Positions 40,176 through 51,776 of a DNA stretch of 64,000 nucleotides are shown here, one piece after another. Each line of letters opens with the position of its first letter. Within the stretch, counting starts at the first letter, position 1. The notes under the pieces are model-generated. The model did not search any database, was not told where the DNA came from, and was given only the letters and a program-made list of their open reading frames with translations. Source of the DNA: an uncultured Chloroflexia bacterium (lineage in GTDB: Bacteria > Chloroflexota > Dehalococcoidia > UBA2979); the NCBI GenBank assembly GCA_963728205.1, contig CAVSIV010000004.1, positions 32,001 through 96,000 on the forward strand. The letters are read 5' to 3'. The translations under genes and the position numbers were made by a program.

Positions 40176-41001
40176 TCAGGCCGGCGGGCCCGCCGCCAGG
40201 CGCTCTCGCACCACGCGGTCCCGGTCCGCGTCCGCGACCGTCCATCGCGACTCGAGCCACCACGTGCACCCGGCATCCGCCCACGGGGCAACCGCTGCGC
40301 GCGCGGCAGCCGCGTCGGCCGCGGGCGTCTCGCCCTCCGTCACGACGTCGAAGCCGGGCCGCAGCGGGCCGCGCTCCTCGAGCCACGCGCGCATCGCCCG
40401 GATGTCGTCGGGCGTGGGGGGGCGATGCCCGTTCTCGTCCACGTAGTTCGGGAGCAGACCGTCGCAGCGCAGGACGCGCCGCATCGACTTCGGCCGCGGC
40501 CACGCGCCCACCACCCAGATCGGGACGCGCCCCTGCACGGGCCGCGCGTCCGGCGCGAGCGCGACCGCGCGCCGTGAAGTCGACGGCGTAGTGGCGGCCT
40601 TCGAAGCGCAGCCGGCCCGCCCACAGCCCCGTGATCAGGTCGATGCCCTCGTCGAGGCGCTCCGCGCGGATGCGGCGGTCCGTCTCCTCGCCGCTCTCGC
40701 CGAGCACCGGGTCCGGCGCGCCGAGGCCGACCGCGAGGATGGCGCGGCCGCCCGATACCTGGTCGAGCGTGGCGGCCTGGCTCGCGACCTTCCACGGCCG
40801 CCGCCACGGCAGCGGCGTGAGCATCGTCCCGAGGCGGATGCGCGACGTCCGCTGCGCGATGGCGGCCAGCAATGTCCAGGCGTCGACGCCGTACGCGCCC
40901 TCCCAGGCGAACACTCCGTCCCAGCCCGCCTCCTCGGCGAGCACGGCTTGCGCGAGCTGCTCGGTGGCTGAGCCGCCGGGAAGGACGAAGCCGTAACGCA
41001 T
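40176..41001 (-). pseudogene. LLM class flavin-dependent oxidoreductase with a +1 frameshift near 40567, probably a sequence error
   Basis: AEEAGWDG, LGTMLTPLP.RRPWKVA, TLDQVSGGR; then PIWVVG.WP in the next frame. Confidence 0.85.
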
Positions 41002-41062
41002 GCGGCGCATCGTAGCGGCCCGACGGAGCGCGCGGCGTGCGTGCGCGCCGCGCTCGATGCCC

Positions 41063-42418
41063 TCAGGGGAACGCGCGCCCCCCGAGCGCCCCGGCCAGCG
41101 GCCGGAACTTGAGCCGCACCTCGGACAGCTCCGACCGCGGCTCCGAGTCGCCCATGATGCCGTTGCCGGCGAACAGCCACGCGCGGTCGTCGCGCACCAG
41201 CGCCGAGCGCAGGCCCACCGCGAATTCGCCCTCGCCGTGGGTGTCCACCCAGCCGACCGGCCCCGCGTACCAGCCGCGGTCGAAGCGCTCGTGCTCGGTG
41301 ATCACGTCGCGCGCGACGTCCTGCGGGTAGCCGCACACCGCCGGCGTCGGGTGCAGACGGCGCACGAGGTCGAGCACGTCGACGCCCGGGCGCGCACGCC
41401 CGGTAATCGGCGTCGAGAGGTGCTGGATGTTCGCGAGCTTGCGCAGCGACGGCGCGTTCGGCGCGCGCAGGTCCTCGGTCGCGCCCTCGAGCCGCTCGCG
41501 GATCGCGCGCACGACGGTCTCGTGCTCGATGCGGTTCTTCGCGCTCTCCAGCAGCTCGCGGCCGAGGCGGTCGTCGTCCTCCTCGGTGGCGCCGCGCCCG
41601 ATCGATCCGGCGAGCCCGAGCGTCTCGACCTGCCGGTCGCGCAGCCGCACGAGCAGCTCCGGGCTCGCGCCGAGGAACACCGCGCCCTCCGCGCGCATCG
41701 TGAAGAGGTGACAGTCGGGATAGCCGAGGCGCAGGCGGCCGAGCGCCCCGCCGACGTCGATCGGCTCGCGCCCGCGCAGCTCCAGCGTCGTCGCCAGCAC
41801 GGCCTTCTCGTAGGCGCCGCGGCGCACCTCGGCCGCGATCGCGCCGACGCTCGCGCACCACGCCGCTTCGTCGACGCCGTGCACCTCGCGCAGCGGGTTC
41901 GGCGCGACCGTGCCGTCGGCCGGCGGGCGCAGCGCCGCGACGAGCAGCGGCTCGACCTCGGCGGCGTCCACACCCGGCGCGACCACCACGCCGCACACGG
42001 CGCCGTCCGCGACAAAGAGCAGACGCGGCAGCACGAGCCACCCCGTGCCGAAGGCCTCCCACGGACGCGTCGGCGCGGGGCCGGGGTTGAAGCGAAAGCC
42101 GCCGAGCGCGCGCGGGCGCAGCGCCGGCTCGTCGGCGTCGACGCGCACCGCGAGCATCCGGCGCGCGGCGCCGCGCGCCGCCGACGGTCCCTCGCGGCGG
42201 CGGACCGCGACGCGGCGCGTCTCGCCGACGGCGACGAGGGCCAGTCCCTGCGACGGCCGCTCGTAGGATGCGACCACGCCGTTCAGATCGGGATGCGTGA
42301 GCAGCGCGCGCGGGTCGAACGCCGGGTCGAGGCGGATCCCGTGGAAGCGGCCGTCGCCGGTGTCGACGCGCACGGCGATGCGCGTGACGGCCTCCGCGAC
42401 GCGGGGATCCGCATTCAC
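41063..42418 (-). CDS. menF: Isochorismate synthase
   Basis: KAVLA, GASPE, LAGS, KNRIEH, HPTPAVCG, RGWYAGP, FAGNGI. Confidence 0.92.
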   Translation of the reverse strand: MNADPRVAEAVTRIAVRVDTGDGRFHGIRLDPAFDPRALLTHPDLNGVVASYERPSQGLALVAVGETRRVAVRRREGPSAARGAARRMLAVRVDADEPALRPRALGGFRFNPGPAPTRPWEAFGTGWLVLPRLLFVADGAVCGVVVAPGVDAAEVEPLLVAALRPPADGTVAPNPLREVHGVDEAAWCASVGAIAAEVRRGAYEKAVLATTLELRGREPIDVGGALGRLRLGYPDCHLFTMRAEGAVFLGASPELLVRLRDRQVETLGLAGSIGRGATEEDDDRLGRELLESAKNRIEHETVVRAIRERLEGATEDLRAPNAPSLRKLANIQHLSTPITGRARPGVDVLDLVRRLHPTPAVCGYPQDVARDVITEHERFDRGWYAGPVGWVDTHGEGEFAVGLRSALVRDDRAWLFAGNGIMGDSEPRSELSEVRLKFRPLAGALGGRAFP

Positions 42419-42591
42419 CTGCTGGTTCCCTTCGCGCTCGGGCGTGACCGGGGGAGCTCGTGGCGTCTCGCACCAGTATAGGAACCGGCGCGCTGGCCGA
42501 AATCAGGGCCTTGCCGCACCCGCGCACGGCATCGAGACTCGAACGTGCGCCCGCCGCCCCCCGCGCTCGCGGCGCAACACCGGGGATGCTC

Positions 42592-42990
42592 ATGAGCTGG
42601 CTGCAGATCTACTACCGCTCGGCCGTGCTCGGGCGCTGCCCACACTGCGGCGTCGGTGCGATGTTCAAGGGCTATTACTCGCTGCACGAGCGCTGTGCGC
42701 ACTGCGGCACGCGCTTCGAAACCTCCGACGGCGCGTGGCTCGGCGCGGTCGCAGTGGGCTACGCATTCGGCGCGGCGTTCGGGATCATCGCGGCGGTCGT
42801 CGAGATCGTGTGGCGGCCGATCACGCACCTCGGCCTGGACCCCACATGGACGATCGCCATCGCGGCGCTGCCGGTGACGCTGCTCTGCTACCGGCCCGCC
42901 AAGGGACTGTGGTTTGGGCTGCTCTACCAGTTCGGGTTCATGGAGACGCCGGCCGGCAAGCAGGCGCCGCCGCCGGCCGCCGGCGCGTAG
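42592..42990 (+). CDS. DUF983 family protein
   Basis: RCPHCG.G.MF..CAHCG..DG plus two TM helices and RPAKG. Confidence 0.75.
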   Translation: MSWLQIYYRSAVLGRCPHCGVGAMFKGYYSLHERCAHCGTRFETSDGAWLGAVAVGYAFGAAFGIIAAVVEIVWRPITHLGLDPTWTIAIAALPVTLLCYRPAKGLWFGLLYQFGFMETPAGKQAPPPAAGA

Positions 42991-43017
42991 CGCGCGGCGG
43001 CGGCCCGGCCGCGGCCG

Positions 43018-44682
43018 TCAGCGGATCGTCACCTGCTGCTCGACCGTCGGCGAGCCCTCCCGCTCGCTGACGATCGTCATCACGCTCCCGTGCCCCTGCT
43101 GCTGCGGCAGCAGCAGGCCGATGCACGCGCCGCCGGCGGCGACCACGCCGCAGCTCTTCACGACCGTCCCCTGCGGGTTCGCGGCGCTCCCCGCGTAGAT
43201 CGTGAACCTGCGCGCGGGACCGCTCGCGTTCACCACGCCGCCGATGGTGAACCGAATGCCGGCCTGCGGGACGTCGTACGCCCACGCGAGGTAGTCGAAG
43301 TCGACTCCCCACGCCGCCCACTGCACGCCGCCGGCCAGCGGCCCCGCGCCGGGCGCCGAGCAGCCGACCGAGTTGCAGGCGGCGAGCGTCGTCGCCTTCG
43401 CGCCGCTCGTGAGCACGCGCCGATTGGCCGCGCTCCCCGCCGCGCCCAGCACCAGCTGCCAGCTCACCGGCACCTGTGGCTGCGCGACCGACGAGCAGGC
43501 GCCGTCGGCGCAGAAGCGGTAGTCCGCCGCGTTCGGCACCGCGTCCCACTCGAGCAGCGCGCGGCCCCCGGACGGGAGGAAGCTCGCCAGCGACGGAGCC
43601 GTCCGCGGCGCCATGTTCGCCTGGTCGATCGAGATGGACACGTCGGCGCTCGCCGCGTGCAGGTAGAGATCGCGCGCGGTCACCTGCAGGCGCACCATCC
43701 CGCCGGCGGCCTGCGGCGCCGTGAAGCGCGCTGATGGGCCATCCGCCGTCACGGTCACCGTCGGCCCGCTGAGCTGCGTCCACAGGTAGGTGATGGCATC
43801 GCCCTCGGGATCGGATGCCCGCGCGCTCAGCGACACGCTCGTCCCGGTGAACGCATTCTGCGGACCTTGCAGGGTCACGGTGGGCGGCAGGTTCACGCCG
43901 TACAGCTCGGCGAGGCGCGCCCGCTCGGCGGCGCTCGCCGTCTGGCGGCAGCTGTTCGGGTCGTTCGGGTCGAAGGTCGGGTACATCAGGTCGCCGGGGT
44001 CGTCGCTGTGGCCGAGGCCCAGCGCGTGCCCCATCTCGTGCGCGACGATCGAGCGGAAGCAGCGGTCGGGCACGTTCATCTGGCTGTCGAGGATGATGTC
44101 GAACTCGTCGAACTGGCGATCCTGCACGGTGCCGAAGGACGGGATGTTGATCCAGCTCCCGCGCGCCACGCCCGCCGTCGTGCCCGAGATCACGTGGCGC
44201 GAGTCGTCGAAGGCGATCTCGTTCCGCGCGTCGTTCGTCTGCCAGGTGATCCCGCTGGTGCAGTCGCCGGTGTAGCCCACGCCGACGCCGACGTCGGTGG
44301 CGTTCCACATCGTGGCGGCGGCGGCGACGGCGTCGCGAAAGGCCTGCGCGGTGACGGTGGCCGGCCGGTTCGACTCCATGCTGCAGAACTGGACGGGGAC
44401 GCTCGCCAGTGCCCAGTGGCCGGGCGGGCCGCCGCATCCGCCGAAGTCGCCCGGGCCGCAGTCGGTGAAGAACTGGAGCGACTGCCCCTGGACGGCGCCG
44501 GGCGTGTGGTCGCTGATGACGTAGCCGTGGTCGTATGGGCGTGGGCCGGCGGGGGCGCCGCCATCGGCGCGCGCGGCGGCCGGGAGCGCGAGCGCGACGA
44601 GCGCGACGGCGAGAGTCGTGAGCAGCGCGAACCGCGAGGCCGGCGCCAGGCTGGGGATTCTCACGTGACCACCCGAGTTCAT
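43018..44682 (-). CDS. Secreted matrixin (M10-like) metalloprotease with PKD-like and further beta-rich domains
   Basis: Signal peptide, HEMGHALGLGH, Met-turn LMYP, SDPEGD.ITYLWTQLSGP; start uncertain (44664-44700). Confidence 0.85.
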   Translation of the reverse strand: MNSGGHVRIPSLAPASRFALLTTLAVALVALALPAAARADGGAPAGPRPYDHGYVISDHTPGAVQGQSLQFFTDCGPGDFGGCGGPPGHWALASVPVQFCSMESNRPATVTAQAFRDAVAAAATMWNATDVGVGVGYTGDCTSGITWQTNDARNEIAFDDSRHVISGTTAGVARGSWINIPSFGTVQDRQFDEFDIILDSQMNVPDRCFRSIVAHEMGHALGLGHSDDPGDLMYPTFDPNDPNSCRQTASAAERARLAELYGVNLPPTVTLQGPQNAFTGTSVSLSARASDPEGDAITYLWTQLSGPTVTVTADGPSARFTAPQAAGGMVRLQVTARDLYLHAASADVSISIDQANMAPRTAPSLASFLPSGGRALLEWDAVPNAADYRFCADGACSSVAQPQVPVSWQLVLGAAGSAANRRVLTSGAKATTLAACNSVGCSAPGAGPLAGGVQWAAWGVDFDYLAWAYDVPQAGIRFTIGGVVNASGPARRFTIYAGSAANPQGTVVKSCGVVAAGGACIGLLLPQQQGHGSVMTIVSEREGSPTVEQQVTIR

Positions 44683-44846
44683 GCCGCCCGCCGTCACCAC
44701 GGCTGGACTGAGTGTAAACGGTCACGTCGCAAGGTTCGTTCTGTCGCGTCGCCGGACGCGCAGGCGCAGCCACGGCCGAGTTGACGGGCCGACACCCGCG
44801 GCCTATCTGTGACCGCGCCGCCCCACGCAGGGGCGAGGAGGTCCCG

Positions 44847-46049
44847 ATGACCGAGACGGCTCCCCGCGCGACCGGCTTCGCGCCCGCCACGATCGAGGCG
44901 CGCATCCGCGCCTTCGAGTCGTTCGGCATCCACCGCACCGGCTGGGAGGGCGACGACCGCACGAGCACGTGGCTGCGCGACGAGCTGCGCGCCGCCGGCG
45001 TCGACGCCGAGCTCGAGCGGTTCGACTTCCCCCGCGTCGAGGTGCGGCGCGCCCGCGTCTCCTGGTCCGACGGCGGCGCCGACGGCCTGCCGATGTACGA
45101 CGGCGGCTTCACCGACGCCGGCGGCATCGACGGCGAGCTGTGCGCCGAGGACGACGCCGACGTCTTCGGCAAGATCGTCGTCGCGACGTCCGGCCTGAGC
45201 GGCGACCGCACCTGGAGCGCACCCGGCGCGGACGCGCGCTACGACGAGCTCGTCGCTCAGGGCGCGGTCGGGCTGGTGGTGCCGTGCGGGGACCCCGACG
45301 GCAATATCGTCGTGCGCAACGCCGAGCGCATCCTGCGGCCGTTCAAGCTGCCCGTGCTGCAGGTCGCGCCGCGCGACGTGCGCGACCTGGCGGGCGCGCT
45401 GGTGGTCGGCACCGAGGGGGTGCTCGAGATCGACGGCGAGCGGCTGCGCTCGCGGGCCACGAACGTAGTCGCGACGCTGCCGGGGACGGACCCGGACGCG
45501 CGACCGGTGGGCGTGATGACGCCGAAGTCGGGGTGGTTCACCTGCGCGGCAGAGCGCGGGGGCGGCATCGCGATCTGGCTCGCGCTCGCCGAGGCGCTGG
45601 CGGCGATGCCGGCGCGGCGGCGGACCGTCCACCTGGTCGCCTCGGCCGGCCACGAGCTGCACCACCTGGGGCTGCTCGACTACTTCAAGCGCCGGCCGGA
45701 CGCCGCGCCGGGCGCGGCGGCGTGGCTGCACCTCGGCGCGTCGATTGGGGCGCGCGAGCCGGCGGCGCGCATGGGCGCGAGCGGCGACGCGCTGCACGCG
45801 CTCGCCACCGGCGCGCTGGAGCGCGCCGGCGCGGGCCCCTACGAGCCGCTGCCGGCGGGCGCGCCGGGGGGCGGCGAGGCGCGCGAGATCCACGAGCGCG
45901 GCGGCCGCTTCGTCACGTTCCTGGGCGGCCACCGCTACTTCCACTCGCCGAGCGACACCGTCGAGCGCGCAGTCGACGCCGAGAGCGTCGCGCGCTGGGG
46001 CGCCGCCGCGCGGGAGATCGTCGAGGGCATGCTGGCGCTGCCCGACTGA
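44847..46049 (+). CDS. M28/PA-like Zn-peptidase-fold protein
   Basis: GIHRTG..GD, NVVATLPG, ERGGG, GHEL, FHSPSD; GAGGAGG RBS. Confidence 0.6.
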   Translation: MTETAPRATGFAPATIEARIRAFESFGIHRTGWEGDDRTSTWLRDELRAAGVDAELERFDFPRVEVRRARVSWSDGGADGLPMYDGGFTDAGGIDGELCAEDDADVFGKIVVATSGLSGDRTWSAPGADARYDELVAQGAVGLVVPCGDPDGNIVVRNAERILRPFKLPVLQVAPRDVRDLAGALVVGTEGVLEIDGERLRSRATNVVATLPGTDPDARPVGVMTPKSGWFTCAAERGGGIAIWLALAEALAAMPARRRTVHLVASAGHELHHLGLLDYFKRRPDAAPGAAAWLHLGASIGAREPAARMGASGDALHALATGALERAGAGPYEPLPAGAPGGGEAREIHERGGRFVTFLGGHRYFHSPSDTVERAVDAESVARWGAAAREIVEGMLALPD

Positions 46050-46154
46050 GGGCGCGGCGCACCCGCGGGGCGCGGAACGCGCAAGCGTTTCCGACCATTC
46101 GGCAGGCAACCGATCTGTTCGGCAGGCAATCGTTCCCGTCCTGAGGAGGCATCC

Positions 46155-47128
46155 GTGAGCAGCGTCCAGACCATCCGCGGGCAGATCGACTCCTCGGCGC
46201 TGGGAAAGACGCTCTCCCACGAGCACCTCACCAACGGCGTGAGTGGCATGGAGCGCATCCCCGGCCTGTTCGACCGCGACGAGATGGTCGACCGCTGCGT
46301 CGAGGCGCTGGAGCGCGTGCACCGCTCCGGCATCGACAGCGTGATCGACCTCACGCCGTTCGACCTCGGCCGCCAGGTGTGGCTCTTCGAGCGCGTCGCG
46401 GAGCGCTCGCCCGTGAACGTGGTCTGCGCGACGGGCGTCTACCGCTGGGTGCCCTCCATCTACTTCGGGTGGGACGAGGACGAGATCGCCGCGCACTGGT
46501 CGCGCGAGATCCAGGACGGCATCGAGGGGACGTCGGTGCGCGCCGGCATCATCAAGCTGGCCTGGGACTTCGAGTACCGGCTGAACGACGGCAACCCGCG
46601 CTTCACGCCGCGCGGCGATGCTCGAGAAGACCGCCCGCGCCGCCGCCCGCACGGCGAAGGCGACGGGCGTGCCGATCTCGTGCCACACACGCGCCGTCGA
46701 CGAGCTCGGCACACCGCTGCTCGACATCTTCGAGGACGAGGGGCTGGACCTGCGCGCGGTCACGATTGGTCACTCGAACGATACGCAGGACCTCACGTAC
46801 CTGAAGGCGCTTGCCGAGCGCGGGTGCCGTCGTTGGGCTCGACCGCTTCTTCTCGCGCGAGGACGACTACGTCGCGCAGCGCTCCGGCATCGCGCTCGCG
46901 CTGATCCAGGCGGGCTTCGCCGAGCAGGTCTGCCTCGGCCACGACGCCACGCCCGCCGGCCTCTGGGGCCGGTGGCGCGAGGAGCGCAACCCGGAGTGCT
47001 GGTGCCTCGTCCCCGACTACGAGGTCCCGTGGCTGCGCGCCAACGGCGCGACCGACGACGACGTCGACGCCGTGCTGCGCCGCTCGATCCGGTCGACGTT
47101 CGAAGCCGCGGCGGCGATGGCGGGCTGA
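46155..47128 (+). pseudogene. Phosphotriesterase family protein with two +1 frameshifts (about 46612 and 46826), probably sequence errors
   Basis: TLSHEH, D.TPFDLGR, RAGIIK; PISCHT, IGHSND; GLDR, LGHD, spread over three frames. Confidence 0.85.
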
Positions 47129-47451
47129 CGCCAGCCACGGCGAGCAGGGCGGCGTGAGCCCCCGGTTTCCGGCGCCCCATCCCATCGCGGGCGACCGACC
47201 GCCTCGCCCCGACGCCCGCGCGTGAGGGACCCTGTGGCCTCGTGGCCCCGCTTCGTGATCGGCCGCCGGAAACCGGCGGCTGACACCACCCGGCTCGCCC
47301 CATCCCACCCTTGCCCGGTTGCGCTAGCCTCGATTCGCCTCCGCCCCACCGCTAGGAGGCGCGACCGCCACCCCGGACCTGCTGGGCCGTCGTTGCCGGG
47401 CGCGCGGGCGGCGTGCGTATACTCCGGCTCGCATCGGACGGGGGGACGACG

Positions 47452-49200
<1,749 letters not shown>

Positions 49201-49299
49201 CGGGCCCGGCGCGCGGAACGCGCCAGCGTCCCGACGAGCCACGTAGGTACGGCGGCGCGCCCCGGCGGGCGCGCCGCTGTGTGACGGATGGGACGTGCG

Positions 49300-50448
49300 A
49301 TGCCGACCGACGCGAGCGACGAGATCCAGATCGACCGCGGCCTGAACGGCGTCTACTTCGACCGCAGCAACGTCTGCTTCATCGACGGTCGCGAGGGCCG
49401 GCTGCTCTACCGCGGCTACAACATCCACGACCTCGCCGAGCGGTCGACCTCCGAGGAGACCGCCTACCTCCTGCTCCACGGCGAGTTGCCCACGCGCGAG
49501 CAGCTCACGGCGTTCGACGCCGAGCTGAAGGCGGCCCGCGCCATCCCGGCGCCGGTGCTCGACATCATTCGGGCGGTGAAGGACGCGCACCCGATGGAGG
49601 TGCTGCGCACCGCCGTTTCCGCGCTCGGCGCGTTCGACCCGGAGGTCGCCGACAACTCCATGGAGGCGACGCGCCGCAAGGGCGTGCGCCTGTCCGCGCA
49701 GGTGCCGATGCTGATCGCTGCCCACCACCGCATTCGCTCCGGCGAGGAGCCGGTTGCCCCGCGCGACGACCTCGGCCAGGCCGCGAACTTCCTCTACTGC
49801 CTCAAGGGCGAGGCCCCCTCCGCGGACGCCGCGAGCCTGATGGACACCGACTTCATCCTCCACGCCGAGCACGGCTCGAACGCCTCCGCCTTCACCGCGC
49901 GCGTCGTCGCCGGCACCGCGGCCAACCTGCACGCGGCGGTCACCGCCGCCGTCGCCGCGCTGTCCGGGCCCGCGCACGGCGGCGCGGCCGAGAACGTGAT
50001 GCGCATGGCGCAGGAGATCGGCGAGCCGGAGCGCGCGCAGGCGTACGTCGAGAACCTGCGCAAGAACCGCCAGCCCGTGATGGGCTTCGGCCACCGCGTC
50101 TACCGCGCGGAGGACCCGCGCGCCCGCCACATGCGCGACGGCGTGAAGCGCCTCTCCGAGGAGATGGGCCAGCCGAAGTGGTACGCCATCCTGGAAGCGG
50201 TGGTGGAGGCGATGCGCCCGTACGCGCGGCTCGGCGTGAACGTGAACGTCGACTTCTACGCCGGCGTCGTCTACTACCTCCACGGCATCCCGGAGGATCT
50301 CTTCGTCCCGATTTTCGCCATCGGCCGCGTCCCGGGCTGGTCGGTGCAGGTGCTCGAGCAGTTCGAGCACAACATCCTGATCCGGCCGCTCACCCAGTAC
50401 ACCGGTCCCGACGAGCGTCCCTACGCGCCGATCGAGCGGCGGGGTTAA
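49300..50448 (+). CDS. Citrate/2-methylcitrate synthase (short type)
   Basis: LHAEH..NAS, GPAHGGA, MGFGHRVY..DPR, NVDFY. Confidence 0.93.
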   Translation: MPTDASDEIQIDRGLNGVYFDRSNVCFIDGREGRLLYRGYNIHDLAERSTSEETAYLLLHGELPTREQLTAFDAELKAARAIPAPVLDIIRAVKDAHPMEVLRTAVSALGAFDPEVADNSMEATRRKGVRLSAQVPMLIAAHHRIRSGEEPVAPRDDLGQAANFLYCLKGEAPSADAASLMDTDFILHAEHGSNASAFTARVVAGTAANLHAAVTAAVAALSGPAHGGAAENVMRMAQEIGEPERAQAYVENLRKNRQPVMGFGHRVYRAEDPRARHMRDGVKRLSEEMGQPKWYAILEAVVEAMRPYARLGVNVNVDFYAGVVYYLHGIPEDLFVPIFAIGRVPGWSVQVLEQFEHNILIRPLTQYTGPDERPYAPIERRG

Positions 50449-50537
50449 ATGACGTCCCTGCACGTGCCGGCGGCCGAGCTGTCGCGCCACCCGTCGCCGC
50501 CGGCGCGCGGCCGCAGCGGCCCCACGAGCGTGTAGCG

Positions 50538-51164
50538 GTGCCGCTCCTGCCGGCCTTCCGCGGCGCCGCCGTCGCCCGCGGGCACCTTCCCGACGACACG
50601 CCCGTCACGGCCGCCGCCGCCTTCGCGCTCGTGCGCGACATGCCCTACGAGCGCGCGTCGTCGCGCGACCCTGCCGTCACCGTGGACGAGTGGCGCGGAA
50701 CCTGCTCCGGCAAGCACTACCTGCTGCGCGCGTTGTTCGAGGAGCTGGGCGTCCCGACGGTCCTGCTCGCATGCACGCACGCCTTCACGCTCGAGAACGC
50801 CCCGTGGGCGCCGCCCGACCTCCGCGCGATCCTCGAGGGCGGCCCCGTGCCCGACGTGCACAACTTCCTGCGCATCCAGCCCTTCCCCGGGACGGAGCGC
50901 GCCGATGAGTGGACCACCGTCGACGCCACCTGGCCGCTGGCGGCGGCGAGCCTGGGCCTGCCGGTGAACGAGCGCTTCGAGCTCGGTCGCGACCAGCGTG
51001 TGGCCTGTGACCCGATCGAGGTCTTTCACGTCCCGGACGACATCGACCCGCAGGAACTCAAGGAGCGACTGCTGGAGATCCATGTGGGGGACCAGGGCGA
51101 CCGGCGCGAGCGCTTCCTCGCCGGGATGATGCGCTGGCTGGCGGCGGAGCTAGCGGCGCGCTGA
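50538..51164 (+). CDS. Transglutaminase-like hypothetical protein
   Basis: Candidate Cys-His-Asp triad GTCSGKH, VHNF, VDATW; start uncertain. Confidence 0.65.
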   Translation: MPLLPAFRGAAVARGHLPDDTPVTAAAAFALVRDMPYERASSRDPAVTVDEWRGTCSGKHYLLRALFEELGVPTVLLACTHAFTLENAPWAPPDLRAILEGGPVPDVHNFLRIQPFPGTERADEWTTVDATWPLAAASLGLPVNERFELGRDQRVACDPIEVFHVPDDIDPQELKERLLEIHVGDQGDRRERFLAGMMRWLAAELAAR

Positions 51165-51211
51165 GACGCGGTCCGCTGCATTCAAGCGCGAATGGGCGTT
51201 AGCATGCGCCC

Positions 51212-51514
51212 GTGCAATCCCAGTCGTTTCGCCAGTCGCTCGTACTCTCCATGCTCTTCACCGGCGTGTGGGGCGTCGTGGGCTACATCTGGGGCGGCCA
51301 GGACCTCCTGGCGACGCTGCTCCAGCTGCCGCTCTTCTTCGCGATCATCCTGTTGACGATGCGCGGAACGAACCGCATCACGAACATGCTGATGGGGCGG
51401 TTCGGCCCGAAGCCGAAGCCGCCGCCCCCGCCGCTGGAGCCGACCACGGACCGCCCCGAGCACGTCCAGCGCCGGCGCCGGTCGCGGCGCCGCAGGAGCG
51501 GCCGCAACGCCTGA
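51212..51514 (+). CDS. Small membrane protein with a Pro-rich then Arg-rich tail
   Basis: Two hydrophobic segments; TAGCAT hexamer 6 nt before GTG. Confidence 0.7.
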   Translation: MQSQSFRQSLVLSMLFTGVWGVVGYIWGGQDLLATLLQLPLFFAIILLTMRGTNRITNMLMGRFGPKPKPPPPPLEPTTDRPEHVQRRRRSRRRRSGRNA

Positions 51515-51539
51515 CGCGCCGTCCCCGGCGCACCGCCCG

Positions 51540-51585
51540 AAAACGAAGCGGCCCGACGATCAGCCTGATCGTCGGGCCGCTTCGT
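51540..51585 (-). terminator. Intrinsic terminator (probably bidirectional)
   Basis: 20-bp perfect stem ACGAAGCGGCCCGACGATCA/TGATCGTCGGGCCGCTTCGT with TTTT on the minus strand. Confidence 0.85.
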
Positions 51586-51604
51586 ACCTTTGCCGTCTAG
51601 CGGA

Positions 51605-51643
51605 CTAGGTCCACTCGATACCGGCAGTCCACTTCGCGCGCAT
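51605..51643 (-). CDS. Candidate 12-aa peptide MRAKWTAGIEWT
   Basis: ATG..TAG, SD AAGGGA 6 nt upstream, own near-consensus promoter and downstream terminator; an in-frame TGA just upstream prevents extension. Confidence 0.55.
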   Translation of the reverse strand: MRAKWTAGIEWT

Positions 51644-51685
51644 CGCGAATCCCTTCGCTCAGCACCGGCCCTCCGTGGCCGTCAA

Positions 51686-51715
51686 AATCTATGTGGAGTT
51701 AAGAATTCATGTCAA
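51686..51715 (-). promoter_or_regulatory. Sigma70-type promoter TTGACA-18 nt-TAGATT
   Basis: Perfect -35 (51715-51710) and near-consensus -10 (51691-51686) in an AT-rich patch. Confidence 0.7.
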
Positions 51716-51776
51716 TCCGCTGGATGACGTAAGGCCCAGCAGAACGGCGACCCGAGCGTGAGAGGAACGCTGCGAT

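Noticed and set aside
47140-47350. Structured RNA upstream of acsA (CCGGTTTCCGGCG / CGCCGGAAACCGG)
   Set aside because: A single GC-rich inverted repeat with no recognisable family; insufficient support.
51605-51643. Trp attenuator leader peptide
   Set aside because: The Trp codons are not tandem and no co-oriented gene follows the terminator.
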